DNA of 27,326 bases from an uncultured Thermodesulfobacteriota bacterium (GTDB taxonomy: Bacteria; Desulfobacterota; Desulfarculia; Adiutricales; JAFDHD01): NCBI GenBank assembly GCA_964629485.1, contig CAZVRN010000001.1, positions 1-27,326 of the forward strand, in the 5' to 3' direction. A model generated the notes under the pieces. The model made no database searches and was not told where the DNA came from. It saw only the letters and a list, made by a program, of their open reading frames with translations. This document shows positions 16,465-25,092 of this stretch, one piece after another. The stretch's first letter is position 1; each line of letters starts with the position of its first letter. Position numbers and translations under genes: made by a program.

Positions 16465-16609
16465 CCGCATGACACCTGAAACGGCTATCTTCTTTGTTGA
16501 CCTGCCGTCGCCAAGACGATATAATTTTAATTATCAAGAAAATTTTTTCTTCAATGAAGCCCTGTTCCCACGGAAAATAATAACCGGGGCATGGCTGGAA
16601 TTGCATATT

Positions 16610-16692
16610 GAGACTCCTTAAGAACCGCTGATTTTGTTGAAATCGCGGAAAGCGACAATGAGTTCAGCTAAAGGACGAAGTTCTTAAGTCTC
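16610..16692 (+). mobile_element. Miniature inverted-repeat element, copy B (83 bp) with 5-bp TSD ATATT
   Basis: GAGACTCCTTAAGAAC...GTTCTTAAGTCTC, flanked by ATATT at 16605-16609 and 16693-16697. Confidence 0.8.
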
Positions 16693-16793
16693 ATATTGCT
16701 TTCCCAAAAACGGGCTGGCATCAAGCGCGGCAAAGGTCCGCCATGGCCTTGGTCTTAAAATATCGCGTTTCACTTGACCAGGGGAGGTAAACC

Positions 16794-18365
16794 ATGAACT
16801 TGGCTGAATTGGCCGAACAGTCGGCCGAACGTCTGGGTGAACGGATGAATTTGGTTTTTGAGGGCGAGCAGTTCACGAATTTTCAGTTTCTCGATTGGGC
16901 GCGGCGTCTGCACCGTGGTTTCGCCGGCCTCGGTCTTGCCAGGGGAGACATAGCCGTACTCTGCATGGCCAATCATCCCCTGGCTTTTGCTGTTTTTCAA
17001 GGCATTTTCCGAACCGGAGGCACCGCCATACCGGTCATGTTTATGATGTCTGCGGCTGAATTGCGATACGTGCTCAGCGATTCCAAGGCCAGGGGCGTAA
17101 TTACTGACGAGGCCAATGTGTCCAAGGTCAGGGAAGCTGTCCAGGGCCTTGATCACATCAGGTGGATGGTTGTCCTCGGGGGCGAAGACAATCCTGGATC
17201 ATCCCCGCCCGAATACCGGCTCGAAACGTTTTTAGACAATGAACCGGAAACAAATTTGCCGCAGATCAGCGAAGATGACCCGGCTTTGATGCTTTACACC
17301 GCGGGGACTACCGGAAAACCCAAGGGTGTTATGCTGACCCACGCCAATCTCATTGCTTCGGCCGAGGCGGCCAACGAGGCTTCGGAACTGGATCGGTGGG
17401 AGGGGCCGTATATAGGCATGAGCGCCATGCCCATGGCTCACATTTTCGGCGTTGGCGTTATGAACAGCGGCTATCTGGCCCCGGAGCATATAGCCGATGG
17501 TTACAGCGTTCAAATGAGCTGGTTCGAGCCTGAGCGGTTTATGCAGCTTATAGAACAGCATCGCTGTACGGTTATGGTGGCCGTGCCGACCATGCTCGCT
17601 CTGATACTAAACCATCCCAGGGTTGAACAATATAACCTTTCTTCTCTTAAAATGGTGGTTTGCGGAGCTTCTCCGCTGCCGGTCGAGATGGCCCGGGCTT
17701 TTTCCGAGCGCTATGGTTGCCGCATTCGGGAAATTTACGGCCTGACGGAAAATACCGGGCTTGGTTCGGCCAACCGCCTTTCTGAACCTTACCGTCCCGG
17801 TTCCGCGGGTCGGGCCTATTTCAATACCGAATTGAAAATTTTTGACCAGGATGACAAACCCCTGCCCGCGAATGAAATCGGCGAGGTGGTCATGCGCGGA
17901 CCAGCGGTCATGAAAGGCTATTATAACCGCCCGGAAGAAACGGCTGAAGCCTTACGTCACGGCTGGCTTCATACCGGGGACATGGGTTATCTGGATGAAG
18001 ACGGTTATCTCTTCATTGTTGATCGGAAAAAGGATATGATTATTCGGGGTGGAGAGAATATATATCCCGGGGAACTGGAAGAAATTATTTACGCGGTTAA
18101 AGGGGTGGCCGAGGCGGCGGTGGTCGGAGTGCCTGACCCGATTTACGGCGAGAGTGTGATTGCTTTTGTAGTCCCTGGTCCCGGGGCGAACCTTTCTGAA
18201 CAGGAAATAACTGATTTCATGCGGACCAGGACGGCGTCGTTTAAGGTGCCAGCGAAAATTCACTTCACGGATAGCCTTCCCAAGAGTCCGGTGGGCAAGG
18301 TCCTGAAGCGAGAGTTAAGAAAAAAAGCCTTAGTCGAGGAGGAGGGAAAGGAACTCCGGGTATAG
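16794..18365 (+). CDS. Long-chain fatty acid--CoA ligase (class I adenylate-forming enzyme)
   Basis: YTAGTTGKPKG, YGLTE, GWLHTGDMG, DRKKDMIIRGGENIYP and PKSPVGKVLK. GGAGG RBS present. Confidence 0.93.
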   Translation: MNLAELAEQSAERLGERMNLVFEGEQFTNFQFLDWARRLHRGFAGLGLARGDIAVLCMANHPLAFAVFQGIFRTGGTAIPVMFMMSAAELRYVLSDSKARGVITDEANVSKVREAVQGLDHIRWMVVLGGEDNPGSSPPEYRLETFLDNEPETNLPQISEDDPALMLYTAGTTGKPKGVMLTHANLIASAEAANEASELDRWEGPYIGMSAMPMAHIFGVGVMNSGYLAPEHIADGYSVQMSWFEPERFMQLIEQHRCTVMVAVPTMLALILNHPRVEQYNLSSLKMVVCGASPLPVEMARAFSERYGCRIREIYGLTENTGLGSANRLSEPYRPGSAGRAYFNTELKIFDQDDKPLPANEIGEVVMRGPAVMKGYYNRPEETAEALRHGWLHTGDMGYLDEDGYLFIVDRKKDMIIRGGENIYPGELEEIIYAVKGVAEAAVVGVPDPIYGESVIAFVVPGPGANLSEQEITDFMRTRTASFKVPAKIHFTDSLPKSPVGKVLKRELRKKALVEEEGKELRV

Positions 18366-18533
18366 CGTTGCCCCCGTATAAATTTTTCCTACAGCCAAGC
18401 TGCGGAGCCATGGCGGCGAACCCACTGGACCCGCTCAATAATAATGACCGGGGCAGTTTAGGTGTTCATTGCCTTCGGGAGTTAAGGAAAAGTCAAAGAT
18501 AAAAAATTCTCCCGCCGCGTGAATTTCAGAGAA

Positions 18534-18620
18534 AAGGCCTCTTAAGAACGACTAATTTTGTTGAAATCCCGGAAGGCTGACAATGACTTCGGCTAAAGGA
18601 CAAAGTTTTTAAGAGGTCTT
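18534..18620 (+). mobile_element. Miniature inverted-repeat element, copy C (87 bp) with 5-bp TSD GAGAA
   Basis: AAGGCCTCTTAAGAAC...GTTTTTAAGAGGTCTT (14/16 inverted match), flanked by GAGAA at 18529-18533 and 18621-18625. Confidence 0.82.
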
Positions 18621-18651
18621 GAGAAAAAGTTTTACAGATAAAAGGCTCTCC

Positions 18652-18680
18652 TTGACACGCGCTTAAATAGCACGTATATT
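18652..18680 (+). promoter_or_regulatory. Near-consensus sigma70 promoter
   Basis: TTGACA (18652-57), 17-bp spacer, TATATT (18675-80). Confidence 0.7.
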
Positions 18681-18732
18681 CCCGGCATTCAGTTCTGATT
18701 CATTAATAATAATGCTTAGTTGTCAGGAGGAA

Positions 18733-18921
18733 ATGTACAAAATGACCGCAGCCGCCGCACACACCGGAAAAGACGAAACGGGAGCGCCGATATCAGGCCT
18801 GTTTTACAAGAATCCCTCCATCGGAAAGCCATTTCCCTGGACACTGGGTCGTCCTGTTGCCGCCGAAATTGAACCCTCCTTCAAGGATGAAGATTTTATA
18901 TTCATCCTTGAGGTTATTTAG
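18733..18921 (+). CDS. Possible small leader ORF (62 aa, unknown)
   Basis: AGGAGG at 18725-30 precedes ATGs at 18733 and 18742. It ends 15 bp before the biotin carboxylase start. No homology recognised. Confidence 0.3.
   Translation: MYKMTAAAAHTGKDETGAPISGLFYKNPSIGKPFPWTLGRPVAAEIEPSFKDEDFIFILEVI
18881..18911. repeat. 11-bp perfect inverted repeat
   Basis: TCAAGGATGAA-N9-TTCATCCTTGA, ending 25 bp before the biotin carboxylase ATG. Confidence 0.7.
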
Positions 18922-18936
18922 GCCCGGTTTTAAAAA

Positions 18937-20301
18937 ATGTTTTCAAAAATACTGATCGCCAACAGAGGGGAAATCGCGCTCAGGGTTATTCGCGCCTGTA
19001 AAGAGCTGGGAATTAAAAGCGTGGCCGTGTATTCAGAAGCGGACGCCGGTTGCCTGCACACCATGCTGGCGGATGAAAAAATATGTATCGGTCCGCCGGT
19101 CAGCGCCAAAAGTTATCTGAACATAGGCAATATCATTGATGCCGCGAAACAAACAGGCGTGCAGGCCATCCACCCGGGTTACGGATACCTGGCCGAAAAT
19201 AGTGAATTTGCCCGGGCCTGTGAAGATGAAGGATTTGTTTTTATCGGTCCGACCCCGCAAAATCTGCAGTTGGCCGGAGATAAATTAACGGCTAAAAAAG
19301 TCATGAAAGACGCTGGTGTGCCGGTCATCCCCAGCAGCCCCCATGGCGTGGGCAGCCTTGAGGAGGCGGCGGACTTAAGCCGCGGAATGGGCTATCCCGT
19401 TATGATTAAAGCCTCAGGCGGCGGCGGCGGCCGGGGCATCAGGATCTGCCAAAACGAAGCCGCCCTGGCCGAAGAACTACCAGTGGCTAAAATGGAAGCG
19501 CGCGCCGCCTTTGGTAACGAAGAGCTGTATCTGGAAAAGTGCATCATTCAGCCGCGGCATATTGACTTCCAGATACTGGCGGATAAATTCGGAAATGTCG
19601 CTCACCTGGGTGAACGGGAGTGCACCATCCAGAGACGGTACCAGAAGTTGATTGAAGAGTCACCTTCGCCCAAAGTGACCGCGGAGTTGAGAGAATCCAT
19701 GGGAAAGGCGGCCATCGCCGCGGCTAAAGCCGCTAAGTATTTTAACGCGGGCACGGTCGAGTTTCTCGTGGATAAAAACAGCAACTATTATTTTATGGAA
19801 ATCAACGCCCGTATTCAGGTCGAGCATCCGGTGACAGAACTGGTAACCGGCAAGGACCTGGTCAAGGAACAGATAAGGCTCGCCGCAGGCGAGGAACTGG
19901 CATACTCCTTTGAGGATCTGAATCTCAAGGGCTGGGCCGTGGAATGCCGCATCAACGCCGAAGACCCCGAGAGAAACTTTCTGCCATCTCCCGGTGTCAT
20001 AGAAGAATACCGTCCCCCGGGCGGCTTTGGTGTCCGCCTGGACACACACCTCTACCAGGGCTACGAACTTCCTATCTATTATGATTCCCTGATCGCCAAA
20101 CTCATCTCATATGACCTGACCAGGGAAGGCGCCATTCGCATCATGAAAAGGGCCCTTGGAGAATTTATTGTTAAACCGATCAAGACAACCATCCCCCTCC
20201 ATCTCAGGATTATGGATGACGCATTGTTTAAACAGGGCGATTTTGATACCGGCTTTATTGGCAGGATTTTACCGGACCAGGATGAAGATGAGGATGACTA
20301 G
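18937..20301 (+). CDS. accC: Biotin carboxylase (AccC / PycA-type subunit)
   Basis: KILIANRGEIALR, HPGYGYLAEN, KASGGGGGRG, ERECTIQRR, FMEINARIQVEHPVTE, CRINAED and YDSLIAKLI. No fused biotin-carrier domain. Confidence 0.93.
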   Translation: MFSKILIANRGEIALRVIRACKELGIKSVAVYSEADAGCLHTMLADEKICIGPPVSAKSYLNIGNIIDAAKQTGVQAIHPGYGYLAENSEFARACEDEGFVFIGPTPQNLQLAGDKLTAKKVMKDAGVPVIPSSPHGVGSLEEAADLSRGMGYPVMIKASGGGGGRGIRICQNEAALAEELPVAKMEARAAFGNEELYLEKCIIQPRHIDFQILADKFGNVAHLGERECTIQRRYQKLIEESPSPKVTAELRESMGKAAIAAAKAAKYFNAGTVEFLVDKNSNYYFMEINARIQVEHPVTELVTGKDLVKEQIRLAAGEELAYSFEDLNLKGWAVECRINAEDPERNFLPSPGVIEEYRPPGGFGVRLDTHLYQGYELPIYYDSLIAKLISYDLTREGAIRIMKRALGEFIVKPIKTTIPLHLRIMDDALFKQGDFDTGFIGRILPDQDEDEDD

Positions 20302-20417
20302 GGGCTATCTCAAAATTACTGTTTTAGCCTAACCTGCGGTAATATATTAAATATTTCAAGGAATTGAATTTGGACCTAACAATGAGGCCGGTTTGAAGGC
20401 CAAATTATTAAGAGGTT
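20302..20417 (+). mobile_element. Miniature inverted-repeat element, copy G (long form, degenerate)
   Basis: Fills the gap between the convergent accC and rex stops. The right part ACAATGAG..CGG...AAGG.CAAA.T.TTAAGAGGT matches copies B and C. About 47/71 nt match the reverse complement of copy H in a nearly ungapped hand alignment. Confidence 0.5.
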
Positions 20418-20419
20418 GT

Positions 20420-21058
20420 CTATCCGGCTTTTTCGGTGGTTAAATAGTAGGCTAGATTATCGAGCTTGACCGTGAAATCAACGTTTTCAACCCGGAAGCC
20501 GGGCGGAACTTTGATCTGAACCGGAGCAAAATTCAAGATAGCCCGGACATTTACCTCTATCAGGCGGTTGGCGATATTCTGCGCTGTTCCGGCTGATGTG
20601 GATATCACGCCGATTTCAATGTTTTCCCTCGCTTTGACCTCGGCCAGGTTGTCAATGGATTCGACCTTGATGCCATTGGGAAGCTTCTTCCCGATCTTGA
20701 TGGGGTCATTATCAAAAGCGGCCACAAAATGGTAACCCTGGCGGAGAAAATTTTCGTGGGCGATAAGCGCTGACCCGAGATTGCCGATTCCAATCAGGCC
20801 AAGATTCCAGTCCTTGTTTAAACCCAGAATCCTCTTTATTTCAAAAAGCAGATCCTGGACATAATAACCAACGCCCCGTACCCCGAATTCACCGAAATAA
20901 GCCAAGTCCTTTCGTATCTGGGCCGAATTTACCCCGCAGCGCGCAGCCAGCTTTTCGCTGGAAATAACATTGACACCGTCACCCCACAACTCCTCGAGGT
21001 TACGGGAGTAATTCGACAGCCTGGTGATGGTAGCTTCTGGAATCCGGGAAAATTTCAT
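20420..21058 (-). CDS. rex: Redox-sensing transcriptional repressor Rex
   Basis: IPEATITRLSNY, SAQIRKDLAYFGEFGVRGVGY, GIGNLG and AILNFAP. Confidence 0.97.
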   Translation of the reverse strand: MKFSRIPEATITRLSNYSRNLEELWGDGVNVISSEKLAARCGVNSAQIRKDLAYFGEFGVRGVGYYVQDLLFEIKRILGLNKDWNLGLIGIGNLGSALIAHENFLRQGYHFVAAFDNDPIKIGKKLPNGIKVESIDNLAEVKARENIEIGVISTSAGTAQNIANRLIEVNVRAILNFAPVQIKVPPGFRVENVDFTVKLDNLAYYLTTEKAG

Positions 21059-21101
21059 AGAACTCTGTCAAAAAATCGCTGAACCCGTTCGGTTTAAAGC
21101 T

Positions 21102-21140
21102 CTGAAGCCGCTGTCAGGACAGGCCTGACTGCGGCTTCAG
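21102..21140. terminator. Long GC-rich hairpin between atpE and rex
   Basis: CTGAAGCCGC-T-GTCAGG-ACAGG-CCTGAC-T-GCGGCTTCAG, 15 bp after the atpE stop. Confidence 0.6.
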
Positions 21141-21155
21141 GAGTCTTTCTCTTTT

Positions 21156-21527
21156 TTACATTCCAATTAAGCTCTTGATCGGTCCTGACATGGGATAGGC
21201 GAAGAGCAGGATCAATGCCACGACCAAAGCGTAAATACAAAGTGATTCAATCATGGCCAGACCGATAAGCATGGTCACGGTAATTTTACCTGAAGCCTCA
21301 GGATTGCGGGCCGTCCCCTCGACAGCGCCCTTGACAGAGATTCCCTGAGCTATACCGGTGCCTATGGCGGCAAAAGTGATTCCAAAACCAGCGGCCAGGA
21401 CAATGCCCAGGAAAACCTTGAGGCCGGCGACTTTAACAGCGGTTTCAGTGTCAGATGCCATAGCCATACTCGCGAGTCCCAGAATGAACAGGATGGCTAT
21501 AATGGTAGTCAACGATAACTTCTTCAT
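21156..21527 (-). CDS. atpE: F0 ATP synthase subunit c with N-terminal signal-peptide-like extension (123 aa)
   Basis: GTGIAQG, ARNPEA and MIESLCIY. The ATG at 21527 is preceded by AAGGAGGAAAGT. The ORF track's 21845 start is an upstream read-through. Confidence 0.95.
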   Translation of the reverse strand: MKKLSLTTIIAILFILGLASMAMASDTETAVKVAGLKVFLGIVLAAGFGITFAAIGTGIAQGISVKGAVEGTARNPEASGKITVTMLIGLAMIESLCIYALVVALILLFAYPMSGPIKSLIGM

Positions 21528-21589
21528 ACTTTCCTCCTTCAATTTTTTGCCTTCTTTATTATCCCTGAAAATCAGGGCGGTAACCAAAA

Positions 21590-22279
21590 TTAATGAGCGT
21601 GCTCGATAGCCGCACTGATGTACATCATGGCCAGAAGCATGAAAATAAAGGCCTGTATAGCGCTGGTAAAAATGGCCATGAACATCATCGGCAGGGGTGC
21701 GAAGAATTTGCCGGCCAGGAGCAGTAAGATGGCCAGCACCAAATCTTCTCCCATAATATTGCCGAAAAGACGCAAGGTCAGCGAAAGCACTCGGGAAATA
21801 TGGCCGATGATTTCCACGGGCAGCATCAGAGGCGCCAGGGGCCACATTGATCCGGTAAAATGTTTGATATATTTAAAGCCATGGTTCTTAATCCCGGCGT
21901 AATGCGTCATGACAAAGACCACCAAGGCGCATGAAAGGGGAGTATTGATGTTCGAAGTCGGCGATAGAAAACCGGGAATCAGTCCCAACAGGTTTGATAC
22001 CAGGATATACAGAAAAAGAGTGGCGACGAGCGGAAAGTAACTTCGACCCTCTTCGCCCATGACTTCCACCTGGAAATTTTCGATAGTATCGATAATGACC
22101 TCGAGCACATTTTGAGCCGGGCCCGGAACGAGCTTGATGCTGAGAGTGGCCAGTCGTCCGAAAATGATGAACACAATAATAATCAGCCACGAATAAAGTA
22201 CATGGGGATAATGGTGAGCAAAATCACCCAAGCCAATCGCGTCGAAAAGGAGTGTTAAAAAAAGAATCGGATGTTCCAT
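21590..22279 (-). CDS. atpB: F0 ATP synthase subunit a
   Basis: [25 protein letters not shown] (essential Arg) and QAFIFMLL. Confidence 0.97.
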   Translation of the reverse strand: MEHPILFLTLLFDAIGLGDFAHHYPHVLYSWLIIIVFIIFGRLATLSIKLVPGPAQNVLEVIIDTIENFQVEVMGEEGRSYFPLVATLFLYILVSNLLGLIPGFLSPTSNINTPLSCALVVFVMTHYAGIKNHGFKYIKHFTGSMWPLAPLMLPVEIIGHISRVLSLTLRLFGNIMGEDLVLAILLLLAGKFFAPLPMMFMAIFTSAIQAFIFMLLAMMYISAAIEHAH

Positions 22280-22282
22280 AGA

Positions 22283-22681
22283 TTAACCCGCCTCCTTGAT
22301 AATTTTTCTAAAAAGAACTAGGCCCATCTCCTGCAAGAGTACGGCCATGATTGTTATGATAAATGTAGAGAGGCCCAGTAAGAGGCCCAATCCGTTCAGC
22401 ATATGCTGAGAGATCACGATGAAGATGATCAGAACCGTGCCCAGAAAGAGCAGGTAGTACTTCGGGAGAACACTTTTCGGCGTAACCTTCGAGCCGGGTT
22501 CTAACGCCCGGACCAGCGCTAGGTGTAAAAAGTAAAGGTTCACCACGACCAGTAGTCCACCCGCTGCCACGCCAAGAGTTATTTCCCAGGGAAAAAAGAT
22601 TAAGGAAAATATGGTAAGCGCTCCCATGACGACCCGGCTCATAGGTTTTATCCTGAACAAGGGCCGGTAACTATCGGTCAT
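22283..22681 (-). CDS. atpI: ATP synthase protein I (4 TM)
   Basis: Four hydrophobic helices, including GVAAGGLLVVVNL, located directly before atpB. Confidence 0.8.
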   Translation of the reverse strand: MTDSYRPLFRIKPMSRVVMGALTIFSLIFFPWEITLGVAAGGLLVVVNLYFLHLALVRALEPGSKVTPKSVLPKYYLLFLGTVLIIFIVISQHMLNGLGLLLGLSTFIITIMAVLLQEMGLVLFRKIIKEAG

Positions 22682-22916
22682 TTTGTTTCTCCGACATGAT
22701 ACGGTCAGCCATTTTGGCGATAATATACAAATTCCTGAATCCGGCGATAATGCCGATTACTAAAAAGATTAAGGTAAACCAGGGCTCGGTGTGGAAGACG
22801 TAATGGTCCAGAAAATATCCAAAGCCCAGACCGAGAAACGTGGCCAGCACAAGGGAGATTCCCATGGTGCTGACCAGGGCCAAAAGCTTCATAGACTGCT
22901 TGGTCCCGCTCCGCAT
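22671..22916 (-). CDS. atpZ: AtpZ/AtpI-family (ATPase gene 1) protein
   Basis: GISLVLATFLGLGFGYFLD....PWFTLIFLVIGIIAGFRN, located first in the atp cluster. Confidence 0.88.
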   Translation of the reverse strand: MRSGTKQSMKLLALVSTMGISLVLATFLGLGFGYFLDHYVFHTEPWFTLIFLVIGIIAGFRNLYIIAKMADRIMSEKQNDR

Positions 22917-23126
22917 TCCTGCCCTCCGGTGGGACCATGAAGGCCCGGGTTTCCTCCATAGTGATTTTTTTCTTTTTAGACGCGATCAAGAGAATAAAAA
23001 AAAGAAAAATTTTATAAATTCTCTTATCGTTCAATTCTCTTACCTGGTGCCTCTATGCCTTCTTTACTGATGAATAAACATCAAATTTAAGGTATTTATA
23101 ATTTACGAAGCACTCCCTTCATCCAC

Positions 23127-23144
23127 TCGTGCAATCTATCACAT
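23127..23144. promoter_or_regulatory. Candidate Rex-like operator upstream of atpZ
   Basis: TCGTGCA-ATCT-ATCACAT matches the general Rex consensus TTGTGAA-N4-TTCACAA at 10/14 positions. Confidence 0.3.
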
Positions 23145-23215
23145 AGCCCTAACATATAGCCCCGGTTGAAGTCAACTCCTTTATGCAAATCAACCCCAAG
23201 TTCACACCCTGAATT

Positions 23216-24505
23216 TCAAACAAGATTTTGAAAAACACCCGCCGCCGCGGCCAGGGTCTGTTCAATATCGGTTTCAGTATGAGCGGCTGAAATAAAAGTC
23301 GTCTCAAACTGGGACGGGGCCAGGTAGATTCCATGTTCACGTAAGCCCCGGTAAAAACGGGCGAATAGATCCAAGTCAGACTTTGCGGCCGAGGCGTAAT
23401 CAGTCACCGGACCCGGGTTGAAAAAAAGACAGGACATGGATCCTATCTGGTGGCCGGTCACTGGCAGTCCGACCTTGGCCGCTTCTTCAAGCAGCCCGTC
23501 TGACAGGGTCCTGGAAAGTCTCTCGATCCGGGTGTAAATTTCAGGGTCGGATTTCAGGGTCCTGATAACAGCTAGACCGGCGGATACGGCCAGCGGGTTT
23601 CCGGATAAGGTGCCAGCCTGGTAGATATCGCCTTCCGGGGCAAGGTGAGACATAATGTCTTTTTTGCCGCCGAGAGCCCCGACCGGCAACCCGCCGCCTA
23701 TAATTTTTCCCAGGCAGGTCAGATCCGGGTCCAGGTTATAGAGTTCTTGAGCCCCGCCCAGCCCGATTCTGAAACCGGTGATGACTTCGTCCAGGATAAA
23801 AAGGGCCCCGTTTTCCCGGGCCAGCTCAGCGCATCCAGGCAGAAAATCCTCCCGGGGCGGGACCAGCCCCATGTTGCCGGCCACCGGTTCGACTATGACA
23901 GCGGCGATTTGCCCTTCAAAATTCTGGAAGGCCTCCTTAAGCGGCATAAGATCGTTATAAGGCAAAGAGATAGTCAACCGGGCCAGGTCTTCTGGCACAC
24001 CGGGGCTGCCGGGAATACCCAGTGTTGCCACGCCTGACCCGGCCGCGACCAGCAGGCTGTCGGCATGGCCATGATAGCAGCCGTCAAACTTGACAATATA
24101 GGGCCTGCCTGTAACGCCCCGCGCCAGCCGCACGGCGGTCATGGCCGCCTCGGTGCCTGAATTGACCAGCCTCGCCATTTCCACGGAAGGAAGGCAATCC
24201 ACCAATAACTCGGCCAGCTTCACTTCGGCCTCGGTCGGCGCCCCGAAACTGGTTCCCTTGGAAGCAGCCTCTTGGAGGGCCTCGGTCACGGCCGGGTAGG
24301 CATGCCCCAAAATCAAGGGCCCCCAGGAGCAGACATAGTCTATATAACTCTGTCCATCCGCGTCCCAGATCCTGCTCCCTTGCCCCCTGGTGATGAAAAT
24401 GGGATCGGTTCCGACCGAACGACAGGCTCGCACCGGACTGTTAACACCGCCGGGGATGACGCGCCGGGCCTCGTTAAGTAGATTTTGAGAATTTACGTAC
24501 TTCAT
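23216..24505 (-). CDS. hemL: Glutamate-1-semialdehyde 2,1-aminomutase
   Basis: IPGGVNSPVRA, GTSFGAPT, SGTEA, GCYHGH, DEVITGFR, LGKIIGGGLPVGA (PLP Lys) and QAGTLSGNP. Confidence 0.97.
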   Translation of the reverse strand: MKYVNSQNLLNEARRVIPGGVNSPVRACRSVGTDPIFITRGQGSRIWDADGQSYIDYVCSWGPLILGHAYPAVTEALQEAASKGTSFGAPTEAEVKLAELLVDCLPSVEMARLVNSGTEAAMTAVRLARGVTGRPYIVKFDGCYHGHADSLLVAAGSGVATLGIPGSPGVPEDLARLTISLPYNDLMPLKEAFQNFEGQIAAVIVEPVAGNMGLVPPREDFLPGCAELARENGALFILDEVITGFRIGLGGAQELYNLDPDLTCLGKIIGGGLPVGALGGKKDIMSHLAPEGDIYQAGTLSGNPLAVSAGLAVIRTLKSDPEIYTRIERLSRTLSDGLLEEAAKVGLPVTGHQIGSMSCLFFNPGPVTDYASAAKSDLDLFARFYRGLREHGIYLAPSQFETTFISAAHTETDIEQTLAAAAGVFQNLV

Positions 24506-24990
24506 TCAAAATACCTCATCGAAGTTTTTTTGTGTTCCTCGTGGCTGAAAAGCAATTCATACTCGGCTAATCCGGCGGCTTGAGACATGCGTTCCGCCAG
24601 GGCGCGGCATTCTTCCTCCGATCTGCCGTGGATCATGGCATACAGGTTGTACGGCCAGTCTGGCACGCCGGGGCGGTGGTAACAGTGAGTGACTTCCTGA
24701 AAAGAGGCCAGGATTTTGCCTGCCTCGTCTACGCGGGACTCCTCAACCTTCCAGGCCACCATGGCGTTGGCCGTGAAACCGGAAAGCTGGTGCCTGAGCG
24801 TGGCCCCGAATCTGCGAAGATAACCTTTGTCCTTGAGGGTTCGAATTGTTTCCAAAACCTCTTCTTCCGGCAGGCCGAGTTTTAAGCCCAGTTCCTTAAA
24901 CGGTCTGGCGCTGCAGCCCAGATCCCCGGACAATTCGTAAATAATGCGCTTCTCCGTGAGGCTGAGGGCCCTGCCTTTTCCTTTTTCCAC
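24502..24990 (-). CDS. ahbB: Siroheme decarboxylase beta subunit (AhbB/NirH-like, Lrp/AsnC fold)
   Basis: RRFGATLRHQ..GF.ANAMVAW, VTHCYHR and WPYNLYAMIHG. GTG start with a GAGGAG RBS; overlaps hemL by 4 bp. Confidence 0.88.
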   Translation of the reverse strand: MEKGKGRALSLTEKRIIYELSGDLGCSARPFKELGLKLGLPEEEVLETIRTLKDKGYLRRFGATLRHQLSGFTANAMVAWKVEESRVDEAGKILASFQEVTHCYHRPGVPDWPYNLYAMIHGRSEEECRALAERMSQAAGLAEYELLFSHEEHKKTSMRYFE

Positions 24991-25092
24991 CGCTCTCTCC
25001 TCTCTTCTGTTCAGATTACCAAAAATAGCTTAGCCTCCCCGGCCTGTCAAGATTCCGATGGGCTGTTAGGCCAGCAAGATAAAAATGTCCCC

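Noticed and set aside
16610-18620. Composite transposon carrying the acyl-CoA ligase
   Set aside because: Each repeat has its own distinct TSD (ATATT versus GAGAA), and the outer flanks do not match each other.
21528-21845. N-terminal extension of the 229-aa ORF 21156..21845
   Set aside because: It overlaps atpB in another frame. The real atpE start is the ATG at 21527 with a strong AAGGAGG RBS.
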